Shown here one piece after another: positions 1 to 9,240 of a stretch of 64,000 bases of DNA (positions within the stretch are counted from its first letter, which is position 1; every line of letters starts with the position of its first letter). Source of the DNA: Nitrospinaceae bacterium (GTDB taxonomy: Bacteria; Nitrospinota; Nitrospinia; Nitrospinales; Nitrospinaceae); NCBI GenBank assembly GCA_965223665.1, contig OZ245011.1:800001-864000 (forward strand), read 5' to 3'. Made by a program: the position numbers and the translations under genes. The notes beneath the pieces are model-generated. The model searched no databases. It was not told where the DNA came from and saw only the letters and a program-made list of their open reading frames with translations.

Positions 1-2387
1 CGCTCAGAGGCAATTTCAAATTCTATACCCTTAGCGCCATCATCATGACATTTGCCACAATCCATATAATTTACAATCTTAACTCCCATTTTCACATCAT
101 CATCACTTTTCTTAAGATTCACACCTTTTTCATATGGATCTTTTAATTGAGATACGGCCTCAAAGTAAGCGGTTAATTCTCTAACCTCCTGATCAGAAAA
201 TGAGAAAGTTGGCATTCTCACTTTCATCCATTTCCGTACAGGAGTTGGATTACGCAAGAAAGAATACAACCATGATGATTTAATACGTTCACCCACATGA
301 TAATCTCCCATCTCCAGGGGTGGTGGGTATTGGGTTTTAGCTTTTAAATGTTCTTGAATATGTCCTCCCAACCCTTCAACAACATGACAGCCTTTACAGT
401 TATAACGCTCTATTATTTTGCGACCCTTAATAATGGCCATTTCTTTTTCGCTATATTTCTTACGATATCTTTCTGGAATATTTACCCCATTAAACCCTTT
501 TAAAAGGACCATGAGAGTATTCACCTGATCGTCAGTAAAATGGAAATTGGGCATTTTATCTAATATTCGTTCAGTGCGATAAGCGGATGGGTTTTTCAGT
601 TTTGTGCGAGCCCAACTATCCCACGTATGAGGAATATGCGTATCCGCAAATTCTAATTCGCGCACTTGTTTATTTCCAAATGCGGATAGCTCCGGTCCAA
701 TACGACCTTCCGCTTCCATGCCATTGATTTCATGACACCCAAAACAGCCCCGCTTGCGAACCAGTTTTTCACCTAACGCAATGACTGATGGTTTTTTAAG
801 TTGACCAACTACTTCAGGCATATTTTGCGGTTTACCAAACTGAATCAAATAGGTAGCAATATCTCTGGCATCATCTAAGCTCAGCCTTAGATCAGGCATT
901 TTACTTTTGGGATTATAATCATGTGGATTTTTAATCCATGAAATAAGCCAATTTGGATTTACCTTGTTACCAATATTACTCAAATCAGGAGCATGTAATT
1001 CCCCATTGCCATTTAATTTATGACACGCTTGACAACCCACACTTTCAAAAAGTTTTTTACCCTTTTTCTTATCGCCCGGTGTAAAAGTCTCGGACGGTTT
1101 AAATGCCTTATCAGATGCATTCAACAAAAATGCTGATATTGCAATTGCATGCTCATCACTTAAACTAAATTCTGGCATCATGGTTTTGGGTAGATAATCT
1201 CTAGGCTTCTTAACCCACCTAAATAACCAGCTTGGATCCACTTTGGAAGCAACTCTTCTTAAACTGGGGCCTACTTTCTTCTCTTGGGAATAACCATCCG
1301 CTAAGTGACAACCATGACAACCCACTTCAATAAACATTTTTTTCGCTTTGGTGAGTTCTGGGGCTCCTTTCAATTCAATTTGTGGTGCGTGACAATTCCT
1401 GCATAAGGATTGCTTTAAGTTTCCCTGCAGAAGCGGCTCATTGATTCCCACCGTTTGGTCCATTTCATGATGAGAACCATGGGCATGCTCAGTAGGAGCA
1501 GTAGCGGCACCTTGGCCTTTATGGCACCAGGTACACCCAGTTACGGTCGGGTCATGCTTATCAATATAAATTTCTTTATTAGGATGAGTTTTTAGTGGTT
1601 GGGGTTGGTTTTCAAAATAAGGGTCACCATATGAAATATGACAAGTTTGACATCGATCAACCTTATAAGTAATCTCAGCAAAGTTATTTTTACCATAAGC
1701 AGGAATTACAGTTTGGAGTATTTCAGCTGGCCTCCAAATAAAAGGAAATGGCTTGTAATAATCCATTCTTCCTTCAAGTATGATCTTTTCATTGGTTAAT
1801 TTAATTAATTCTTTATTTAATTCCTCTTGCCGGGACTTATATTTTAGTAATTTAGCCTCAGCCTCATCACGTTTTTTTGTTAATTTTTCAATGACAGGAT
1901 TATACTTTTCAATTTCATCTTCTGTCTGATTAACCTTGGCCAGTTGAACGTCAAAGTTTTTACCCTCGTGCATTGCTTTTTTATAATAGTAATAATATTC
2001 ATCCAATCGGCTTTTCGCAAATTTCTGCTCTTCAACAACCTCGTCTAAATGGATTTGAGCTTCCCAGGCCTCATCAGCTAAAATTTGGTACTCATCGCTT
2101 TCCTCCATCTTCCGTTCTTCTTCTTCGATGGCTCTGCGAATTTCTGATTCCTTGGCCCCAATTTTTTCGTTTATTTCCTTATATTCTTTTTCAGTTTTTT
2201 CATACTGTATTTCAAAATACTTTTCCTGAAAATCTTTAAAACCGCGACGCGCATACTCATCATCCCAAAATGCCCAAAGCGTCACAAATAAAGTTGCGCC
2301 GGAAATTAAGAAAAATAAGAAGCTATACGAAGTATGCTCGTCAAATTCACCTTCTTTAAAGGCGGGTTTTTTTTCTTCTTCTGTCAT
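1..2387 (-). CDS. Membrane-anchored multiheme (at least octaheme) cytochrome c subunit of the Rieske/cytochrome b complex; 3' end runs off the window
   Basis: Not in the ORF track; translated by hand. ATG at 2387, open for 795 codons to the window edge. N-terminal TM helix (SFLFFLISGATLFVTLWAFW), long Glu/Lys-rich helical region, then CQTCH 1638-1652, CTWCH 1521-1535, CRNCH 1389-1403, CHGCH 1305-1319, CQACH 1020-1034, CFGCH 732-746, CKGCH 384-398, CGKCH 45-59. Confidence 0.95.
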   Translation of the reverse strand, partial: MTEEEKKPAFKEGEFDEHTSYSFLFFLISGATLFVTLWAFWDDEYARRGFKDFQEKYFEIQYEKTEKEYKEINEKIGAKESEIRRAIEEEERKMEESDEYQILADEAWEAQIHLDEVVEEQKFAKSRLDEYYYYYKKAMHEGKNFDVQLAKVNQTEDEIEKYNPVIEKLTKKRDEAEAKLLKYKSRQEELNKELIKLTNEKIILEGRMDYYKPFPFIWRPAEILQTVIPAYGKNNFAEITYKVDRCQTCHISYGDPYFENQPQPLKTHPNKEIYIDKHDPTVTGCTWCHKGQGAATAPTEHAHGSHHEMDQTVGINEPLLQGNLKQSLCRNCHAPQIELKGAPELTKAKKMFIEVGCHGCHLADGYSQEKKVGPSLRRVASKVDPSWLFRWVKKPRDYLPKTMMPEFSLSDEHAIAISAFLLNASDKAFKPSETFTPGDKKKGKKLFESVGCQACHKLNGNGELHAPDLSNIGNKVNPNWLISWIKNPHDYNPKSKMPDLRLSLDDARDIATYLIQFGKPQNMPEVVGQLKKPSVIALGEKLVRKRGCFGCHEINGMEAEGRIGPELSAFGNKQVRELEFADTHIPHTWDSWARTKLKNPSAYRTERILDKMPNFHFTDDQVNTLMVLLKGFNGVNIPERYRKKYSEKEMAIIKGRKIIERYNCKGCHVVEGLGGHIQEHLKAKTQYPPPLEMGDYHVGERIKSSWLYSFLRNPTPVRKWMKVRMPTFSFSDQEVRELTAYFEAVSQLKDPYEKGVNLKKSDDDVKMGVKIVNYMDCGKCHDDGAKGIEFEIASE

Positions 2388-2401
2388 TGAATAAAATTGA
2401 G

Positions 2402-3163
2402 TTAAAAATTAATCCAGGGGGTGACCCAAATGTATTTAATATTAAAGCCTAGACGCAAAACAATTTTTATTACTATCCCCAACATTATTAAAAGAAGCTG
2501 GATCTTTAAAAACATTCTAAGAAAACCAACACTTTTAAGAGCTTTTCTCTCCATGAAAAAATATACAGCAGTGCCAACAAAAAAGTATCCGCCAACAACC
2601 AGCCCCCCGACCAGCATTGCCATATTATAACTACGCACCCCTAATGCATAGGGAAGATCCACATTAACCAGTGCAACCACTTTATGAGGATCCCAATATT
2701 GCCAGGGCATAAATAAGTTCCAACCTGGCCCTCTTAAAAATACCCCCATAATAATTAGAGCAATCCAAAGAACTAGAAAACCAAAGGTGTAAACCCAAAT
2801 AGCAAGCTTTCTTTCTGTGTAGGTATAGTACCCGTTCCCCTTAGGATTAACATCCAAATAAGGGATTAACATTAACCCAACAATTATCAAAACAGGAGCC
2901 ACAACCCCAGCAAACCAAGGATCAAAATATACAAGGATGTCCTGCAAACCCAAAAAATACCAAGGAGCTTTTGAGGGGTTAGGGGTTTTAGTGGGATTAG
3001 CTGCTTCTTCGAGAGGAGCATCAATAACAATAGACCAAACAGTCAAAGCCACTATAACAATTAATGAGCATAAAAACTCAAGCCTGACCAAATAAGGCCA
3101 AACGTGGACTTTCTCAGGAACCGCTTCAATTTGTTTTTTTGCTGGCTTAGCTGTTGTAGCCAT
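2402..3163 (-). CDS. Cytochrome b C-terminal part / subunit IV (PetD-like) of a split cytochrome b
   Basis: PLEEAANPTKTPNPSKAPWYFLG matches the subunit IV A(D/N)P..TP....PEWYF segment; several TM helices; lies between cyt b and cyt c genes. Confidence 0.9.
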   Translation of the reverse strand: MATTAKPAKKQIEAVPEKVHVWPYLVRLEFLCSLIVIVALTVWSIVIDAPLEEAANPTKTPNPSKAPWYFLGLQDILVYFDPWFAGVVAPVLIIVGLMLIPYLDVNPKGNGYYTYTERKLAIWVYTFGFLVLWIALIIMGVFLRGPGWNLFMPWQYWDPHKVVALVNVDLPYALGVRSYNMAMLVGGLVVGGYFFVGTAVYFFMERKALKSVGFLRMFLKIQLLLIMLGIVIKIVLRLGFNIKYIWVTPWINF

Positions 3164-3207
3164 AAACTATCCTTTTAATTAATCCCTTTATTCAAAATTG
3201 AATATAA

Positions 3208-4038
3208 TTATAGAGGACCAGAAATCCCACCATCTTTTCGGATTCGCCAAAAATGAACTATCATTAGGGCACCGGCCACTAAGGGAATAAAAATGCAATG
3301 AAGAACATAAAACCTAAGCAATGCAGGAGGACCTACTAAACTTCCACCCAACAGCATGGACCTGGCATCGTACCTGGGAGAAACCCCAAAAACATATTCT
3401 GCAAAAGGACCTTCATGCCCTAAGAATGGGGTTGCCCGAGCCATATTAGTTCCAACCGTTACCGCCCACATAGCCAACTGATCCCAAGGCAATAAGTAAC
3501 CAGTAAAGCTAAGCAACAGGGTAAAGGTTACCAAAAACACACCTATTACCCAGTTAAATTCACGGGGTGGCTTATAAGACCCTGTTAAAAAAACACGAAA
3601 CATATGCAACCAAACAGTAATAACCATAGAATGTGCAGCCCATCTATGCATATTCCGCATTAACATTCCAAACGGCACATCATACTGCAAATATTTCATA
3701 TCAAAATAAGCATATTCACCCACAGGTCTGTAATAAAACATTAAAATCACACCAGTCACAACGGTTGAAAGGAATAATAAAAATGTAATCCCTCCCATAC
3801 ACCAGGTGAATTTAATTCTAAGAGCATGGCGATGAATTTTAACTGGATGCAAATGGAGCCATACGTTACTTGCTATTTGAAGAACGCGGTTCCTTGGAGT
3901 ATCGGCATATCCGTGGCGAAAACTGGAAGTCCAAACTTGGGATTCCGTAAACTTCTTCGCCATATCATTAAAAATCTTACCACTCTTGATGGACTCCATC
4001 AGTTCAGCAAGATTAGGAATATTAGATTTGTTGGCCAA
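3208..4038 (-). CDS. petB: Cytochrome b6-like subunit (N-terminal cytochrome b)
   Basis: WCMGGITF (heme ci Cys), [52 protein letters not shown]-terminal GISGPL as in cyt b6. TTG start with GGAG RBS. Confidence 0.93.
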   Translation of the reverse strand: MANKSNIPNLAELMESIKSGKIFNDMAKKFTESQVWTSSFRHGYADTPRNRVLQIASNVWLHLHPVKIHRHALRIKFTWCMGGITFLLFLSTVVTGVILMFYYRPVGEYAYFDMKYLQYDVPFGMLMRNMHRWAAHSMVITVWLHMFRVFLTGSYKPPREFNWVIGVFLVTFTLLLSFTGYLLPWDQLAMWAVTVGTNMARATPFLGHEGPFAEYVFGVSPRYDARSMLLGGSLVGPPALLRFYVLHCIFIPLVAGALMIVHFWRIRKDGGISGPL

Positions 4039-4096
4039 GTTTCAAACTCCCTAAAGAATATTTAAAAAGAATATTTTGTCAAAAAACGCAAGTCTA

Positions 4097-4669
4097 TTAG
4101 GCCCTCAACAAGGAACCTGGTTTTTCCCACTCACCTTTTTCAAACAAAAACTTTTTGCTTTTATCAATAACAATTTGCCCGTCAGGCGCAATTTCAACTT
4201 TCAATCTTTCCAAAGGTCGAGGTGCAGGACCTTCAAAGTTAATTCCTTGTTTAGTGAAACCACTTCCATGGCATGGGCATTTATATTTACTTTCCGTTTT
4301 AAGCCAGAGCGGCGTGCAACCCAAATGCGTACATCGAGCTAAAATGGCATACAAACGATCTTCTTCTCTAACTACCCAAACTCTTTGATCATTAACCCAC
4401 TTTGTGCTTACTTCTCCCACGGTATAATCTTCAACTTTACCTGCTTTGAATTTTGGAGAAGGCTCAAAAAGAACACGAGGGAATAATAATCGGGTGAAAT
4501 ATACGGTAGATAAACCCAAAGAAGCCATAAAGCCAGCCCAACCAGCTAGTGAGAAAAAATCACGCCTGGAATACAGGTTATTTGGCTCTTCTTTAGGTTT
4601 TGATTTATCAGCAGGCTTTCCAGCTGGCTTTGCTCCAGCCGGTTTCTTCTCAGGTTTAGGATCGCTCAT
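4097..4669 (-). CDS. petC: Rieske iron-sulfur subunit
   Basis: Tat motif SRRDFF plus TM helix; CTHLGC and CPCHGS Rieske boxes; GPAPRPL. Confidence 0.95.
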   Translation of the reverse strand: MSDPKPEKKPAGAKPAGKPADKSKPKEEPNNLYSRRDFFSLAGWAGFMASLGLSTVYFTRLLFPRVLFEPSPKFKAGKVEDYTVGEVSTKWVNDQRVWVVREEDRLYAILARCTHLGCTPLWLKTESKYKCPCHGSGFTKQGINFEGPAPRPLERLKVEIAPDGQIVIDKSKKFLFEKGEWEKPGSLLRA

Positions 4670-4758
4670 TGTAAGTCCAAATATATCAAATACTTAGAAA
4701 CCAAAATCAAATAACAAAATTTCTAAAAAAAGATAATCTATCATAGAACAGAGGTTGG

Positions 4759-4787
4759 TTTTTAACATAATTAAATTTTTGAGTCAA
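4759..4787 (-). promoter_or_regulatory. Putative sigma70 promoter of the Rieske/cyt b operon
   Basis: Minus strand TTGACT-N17-TAAAAA with an extended -10 TG, about 90 nt upstream of the Rieske start. Confidence 0.4.
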
Positions 4788-4816
4788 GGCTTGATATTTC
4801 CTTAAAATTCCTTGAA

Positions 4817-6169
4817 TTATCGGGCTCCTGTTAACGATCTCAAGCAATCCTTTGCTGCTTCTTGAATGAGTCGAGAATATTGACCAAATCCACATGAAAT
4901 TTGCGATAAAACTTTTATTGAGCTTCCTCGCTTCAGAGCTAATAAAATTATGGTCATAAGTTCATGAGCTTGTGGCCCAGCGATTTGAGCCCCAATAATT
5001 TTTCGGGTTTCTCTATCCACCACAATTTTACAAATACCTTCAATTTTTTTATGCAGTTCCGAAACTTCAAGAGATTCATAACAGCTACGTCCTTCCACAC
5101 CTCTGTATCCTTTATGATGGGCTTCTTCCAAATTACTGCCCACACTACAAATCTCGGGATATGAAAATAACCGAAAAGGTACATGATCTAAATTAAGTAC
5201 GGACTCTTTTTTTAAAGCATTTTCCGCAGCCACATTCCCCTCCTCTTCTGAAAGTTCTGCAGAATGCTGATGACCCGTGACACTTCCCGCCGCAAAAATA
5301 CCAGGAAAAGATGTTTCCATTTTTTCATTAACCCAAATTTCATTATTTTTCCCTAACTCAAGAGAATTATTATTTAAGCCTATATTTTCACAGTTCCCTA
5401 AACGTTCGCACTCAAAAAGGACCTTATTCACAGAAAACTTTATGCCTCCATCCAAAGTTATATCTATTTCATTTTCTTTTTTCAGAATTGAAATAATCTT
5501 TTTATTCAACAAAGTTTTTATCTTTTGCTTTTTAAAATTACTTTCTAATATGTTAATTAATTCTGGATCTTTATCAGCTATCAATCGAGATTTTTCCTCA
5601 ACCAAAAAGACTTTTGCTCCTAAAATATTAAAAAGAGTGGAAACTTCCAAGCCAATTTTATTACCTCCAACCACCAAAAGGCTGACAGGGGTTTTTTCAA
5701 AATTTGAAAAAGCATCTGTAGTCTGGATATCTTTATCAAAAGGTATAGTAGCAATCGGTTTTGAAATTGATCCCGTACAAATAATAATATTTTTTGGTTT
5801 TACCAATTTTTTTTCTTGTGGCCCATCAATTTGAATTTGATTTTTTTCTATTAAAGATCCTTGACCCTCAAAAAAAGTAATTCCCAAATTTTCAATTTCA
5901 TTCTTCAAAGATAATGAAACATCAAGACCCATTTTTTTTCCAGAAGCAGACAAGTCAGATAAGGTCGGTAATGAATTCGCTGATGAGGTGTGATCTTGAA
6001 TAATAGATAGTAGATAACGAATAAAAAAAGTTCCATGGTTAAAACCAAAACCACCCAGTCGGTTCTTTTCTATAAGACAAACTCTAGCTCCTAATTCGGA
6101 AGCTCTCCTGGCAGCAGACATTCCGGCAGTACCACCACCAATCACTGCAATATCAAATTCCTGACTCAC
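4817..6169 (-). CDS. Dihydrolipoamide dehydrogenase / transhydrogenase-like flavoprotein with degenerate active site
   Basis: FDIAVIGGGTAG FAD motif, IIICTGS, LLVVGGNKIGLE, PEICSVG, KIIGAQIAGPQAHEL dimerisation domain. The CxxxxC disulfide is replaced by GGFGFNHGTF. Confidence 0.8.
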   Translation of the reverse strand: MSQEFDIAVIGGGTAGMSAARRASELGARVCLIEKNRLGGFGFNHGTFFIRYLLSIIQDHTSSANSLPTLSDLSASGKKMGLDVSLSLKNEIENLGITFFEGQGSLIEKNQIQIDGPQEKKLVKPKNIIICTGSISKPIATIPFDKDIQTTDAFSNFEKTPVSLLVVGGNKIGLEVSTLFNILGAKVFLVEEKSRLIADKDPELINILESNFKKQKIKTLLNKKIISILKKENEIDITLDGGIKFSVNKVLFECERLGNCENIGLNNNSLELGKNNEIWVNEKMETSFPGIFAAGSVTGHQHSAELSEEEGNVAAENALKKESVLNLDHVPFRLFSYPEICSVGSNLEEAHHKGYRGVEGRSCYESLEVSELHKKIEGICKIVVDRETRKIIGAQIAGPQAHELMTIILLALKRGSSIKVLSQISCGFGQYSRLIQEAAKDCLRSLTGAR

Positions 6170-6248
6170 TCCTCACCTCAAATAAATGGATTTCATAAAG
6201 AGGTCATTACATCATAATTTTTAGGAAATAGGCAACTGCTACAAATTT

Positions 6249-6602
6249 TTAAAAACTTAGTGCAGCGACCACAACCAATAAGACGAGACCTACCGAAGAA
6301 ATTATTGCATGGAGAGTGACATTAAGTTTGCGGCTAAAAGGGACAGCAGAAAGAAAATACGCTAATACGGAGTAATTAAAAACAGTGGGACTTTCATATT
6401 TGCTGGAGACATAAATGAATAAAACAAATGCTCCAATACAAGCAAAATATACATATCGATGTATCTTATAACGCCGTTTTCGGATATCTGCGGGAAGCAT
6501 GCTTACCCCCACCAATATATTTCCGATGACAATAATAATTGTAGTTAATATGGCTATAAAGGCTGGATGGCTAAATAATTCACCTAAGGTGGTCACTTGC
6601 AT
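6249..6602 (-). CDS. Small integral membrane protein (about 4 TM), unknown function
   Basis: 117 aa with four hydrophobic segments; same strand as neighbours. Confidence 0.7.
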   Translation of the reverse strand: MQVTTLGELFSHPAFIAILTTIIIVIGNILVGVSMLPADIRKRRYKIHRYVYFACIGAFVLFIYVSSKYESPTVFNYSVLAYFLSAVPFSRKLNVTLHAIISSVGLVLLVVVAALSF

Positions 6603-6703
6603 GGAAACATTAAAACCAGAAAAATTTAATTCCGATTTTTATACCCTAACACCGAATGGATTCCAAATTAATTTAAGCTTCTGAATTTGCAATAAGGTTT
6701 GAG

Positions 6704-7831
6704 TTAAACTACCAGACCTTTTTTTAGAAGTAATTCATGGGCTTCATCAATTTTTGAAATTGCAGATTTACCTTCACTCCATTCGAACAAATCCTGAAGT
6801 CCTTTTTCCAATGAATATTTGGAAATGTAACCCAGTTTAGAAATTTTTGAAATATCTGCAAAACAATCACGAATGTCCCCATTTCGGTATTTTTGAATAA
6901 CATTGGGTTTAAAGTTTTTTCCATAGAGTTCTATTAGGATGGACGCAACATCTAAAATTGTCCGACGATTACCCGTACCAATATTATAAACTCCTGGTTT
7001 AGCATCAGGATGGTTCAAAAGTATGAGTTTAGCTTGAATCAAATCATGAACATGAATTAAATCTCTAATTTGCAGACCATCTTCATAAATTAGAGGAGGC
7101 TTATCATTTTTAATACTCGATGAAAAAATAGCCGCAGCACCCGTGTAGGGATTATTTAAGCTTTGTCGAGGCCCATAACAGTTAAAGTATCTACAAGCTA
7201 TCGTTGGAATTTTATAAGCGTTCCCAATTAAAAGGGAATATACTTCTTGATCTCTCTTAGTTTGGGCATAGACAGAATGACAATGAGACTCTTTCTCTTC
7301 ATCTGTGGGAATTGGGGTAACCCGGTCTCCACATTGGGGACAATTCATATCCCACTGCCCTGTAGCTAATTGAGATTCTGGTCTAGGCTGAGGAGAAATT
7401 TTTCCATGATTCTTACATAAGTACCTTCCCTCTCCATATAAACTCATGGAACTTGCAACCAAAACTTTTTCAACACGATTTTTTTCGTTGACCAATAAAT
7501 CCCATAGAACTGCGGTCCCATGGACATTGGTTTTAACATAAGGGTCAATTGAATACATCGATTGCCCTACACCAACTTCGGCAGCTTCATGAAAGATGAC
7601 TTCAATTCCTTCCAAAGATTTCTTTAATTTTGAACGATCACATATATCCCCAAAAATAAATTCCGCATCAGGGTGTAAATATTGTGGCTTAGTTGCATTA
7701 GGTCCATGTACCTGAGGATTTAAATTGTCGTAAACTCTTACATGATTACCTCGTTCTATAAGCTCATCCACTAAATGAGAGCCAATAAACCCTGCTCCTC
7801 CGGTCACTAATATCTTCTTTGTTTGGCTCAT
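6704..7831 (-). CDS. NAD-dependent nucleotide-sugar epimerase/dehydratase (WbiB-like, with Cys-rich insertion)
   Basis: ILVTGGAGFIGSH, ASSMSLYGEG, YAQTK (YxxxK), RYFNCYGP, RNGDIR; CKNH...CPQC insertion. Confidence 0.88.
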   Translation of the reverse strand: MSQTKKILVTGGAGFIGSHLVDELIERGNHVRVYDNLNPQVHGPNATKPQYLHPDAEFIFGDICDRSKLKKSLEGIEVIFHEAAEVGVGQSMYSIDPYVKTNVHGTAVLWDLLVNEKNRVEKVLVASSMSLYGEGRYLCKNHGKISPQPRPESQLATGQWDMNCPQCGDRVTPIPTDEEKESHCHSVYAQTKRDQEVYSLLIGNAYKIPTIACRYFNCYGPRQSLNNPYTGAAAIFSSSIKNDKPPLIYEDGLQIRDLIHVHDLIQAKLILLNHPDAKPGVYNIGTGNRRTILDVASILIELYGKNFKPNVIQKYRNGDIRDCFADISKISKLGYISKYSLEKGLQDLFEWSEGKSAISKIDEAHELLLKKGLVV

Positions 7832-8009
7832 TTCTTCTCCAAAAATAATTTGCTCATTAATAATTTAACGAATTTATGTGATCGAACCTTTAGTGGGAGG
7901 TTTAAATAAATAATTCTATTTATATTAATTTGGCTAAAAGGTATTAAACAGGCTAATTTCAAAGGTTTCAGGGAAATGCAGATAAAAGGAATGTTTGCCC
8001 TACGGCAAT

Positions 8010-8094
8010 TGGTGCCGATGGGGAGACTCGAACTCCCACGGATTGCTCCATACGCCCCTCAAGCGCACGTGTCTACCAATTCCACCACATCGGC
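8010..8094 (-). tRNA. tRNA-Leu (anticodon GAG)
   Basis: GCCGATGTGGTGGAATTGGTAGACACGTGCGCTTGAGGGGCGTATGGAGCAATCCGTGGGAGTTCGAGTCTCCCCATCGGCACCA: 85 nt, long variable arm, GTTCGA T-loop, encoded CCA, conserved position after secG. Confidence 0.97.
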
Positions 8095-8100
8095 AAAGCT

Positions 8101-8454
8101 TTAATTAGAAGTCGTTTCTTTGGAGGAGTCTTCCTCCTTTGAAGAGGTTTTGCTTGAATCAGAAGTTGAATCCAGAGGGGCTGTTGTCTTTTCTTCAATC
8201 TCCGGTATTACAGAATCCTGACCAGACTCGACAGAAAAAATTGAAAGGCTTAACGAGGTAACCATAAAAATTATTGCTGCTGCACCTGTAAGTTTAGTTA
8301 ACAAGTTACTTGCATTACTTCCACCAAACATTGTTTGACTACCTGAACCAAATACAGCACCCATTGACGCACCCTTTCCAGTTTGTAATAACACAACCAG
8401 AATTAAAAATAAGGCCACGATAATATGAATTACGATTACAAAGGTTTGCATCAA
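8101..8454 (-). CDS. secG: Preprotein translocase subunit SecG
   Basis: [20 protein letters not shown]...LTKLT; tpiA-secG-tRNA-Leu synteny. Confidence 0.95.
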   Translation of the reverse strand: MMQTFVIVIHIIVALFLILVVLLQTGKGASMGAVFGSGSQTMFGGSNASNLLTKLTGAAAIIFMVTSLSLSIFSVESGQDSVIPEIEEKTTAPLDSTSDSSKTSSKEEDSSKETTSN

Positions 8455-8470
8455 AAGACTCCAAAATCAA

Positions 8471-9223
8471 TTAAAAAGCGGTTTTAATAATATCACAAAA
8501 AGACTCGGCAACCAAGCTGGCTCCACCCACTAACAAACCATCAATGTCAGGTTGGGCCATCAAATCAGCACTGTTATTCGGTTTTACACTTCCACCATAA
8601 AGAATCCGGATCGAATCGCCAACCCCAATGACTTTAGTAAGTTTATTACGAATAAATTTATGTGCCTCTTGAGCTTGCTCGGGTGTGGCATTTTTTCCCG
8701 TACCGATTGCCCAAACCGGTTCATAAGCAATAATTAAGTACGAAGGATCCAGGTAGAACCAATCTCCTTCAAAAACCTTTTCTATTTGATCAGACAACAC
8801 AGACTCTGCAGAACCACCGTTTCTTTGTTCCTCAGTTTCCCCAACACAAAATATAGTTTTTATATTCGCAGAAAAGGCAGCCGAAACTTTTTTCCTTAGA
8901 ATTAAATCATCTTCTTTAAAAATATGACGTCTTTCCGAATGTCCTAAAATGACATACTCACATCCAACGTCCTTTAACATCTCTCCCGACACTTCACCGG
9001 TAAAAGCTCCGCTGGGTTCAAAATGCATATTTTGCCCTGATATTTTTATATAAGAACCTTGAAGCCAATTAGATGTCTCCTGCAAAGCCGTGAAGGGCGG
9101 AGCTATTACAATATCTACAGGGGGTTCCTTTTTAAAATTTGAATGTATAGATTGAATCAACGTGCGGGTTTCAGAAAGAGTACAATTCATTTTCCAATTG
9201 CCGGCGACCATTGGTTTATTCAT
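8471..9223 (-). CDS. tpiA: Triosephosphate isomerase
   Basis: AGNWKMN, GHSERR, AYEPVWAIGTG, LYGGSV, LVGGASL. Confidence 0.98.
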   Translation of the reverse strand: MNKPMVAGNWKMNCTLSETRTLIQSIHSNFKKEPPVDIVIAPPFTALQETSNWLQGSYIKISGQNMHFEPSGAFTGEVSGEMLKDVGCEYVILGHSERRHIFKEDDLILRKKVSAAFSANIKTIFCVGETEEQRNGGSAESVLSDQIEKVFEGDWFYLDPSYLIIAYEPVWAIGTGKNATPEQAQEAHKFIRNKLTKVIGVGDSIRILYGGSVKPNNSADLMAQPDIDGLLVGGASLVAESFCDIIKTAF

Positions 9224-9240
9224 AGGGTATTTTGCTTATT

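Noticed and set aside
1973..2239. 88-aa plus-strand ORF, and the many other short ORFs overlapping long genes
   Set aside because: Antisense or alternate-frame shadows of well-supported genes (here the multiheme cytochrome); no motifs.
6704..7831. Epimerase as the missing OleD (and the Aas AMP-binding domain as OleC)
   Set aside because: Motifs fit a nucleotide-sugar epimerase and an Aas fusion; both are far from oleAB.
6249..8094. Possible island integrated at the tRNA-Leu 3' end (sugar epimerase and membrane protein follow it)
   Set aside because: No integrase, no duplicated tRNA 3' end seen, no obvious compositional shift.
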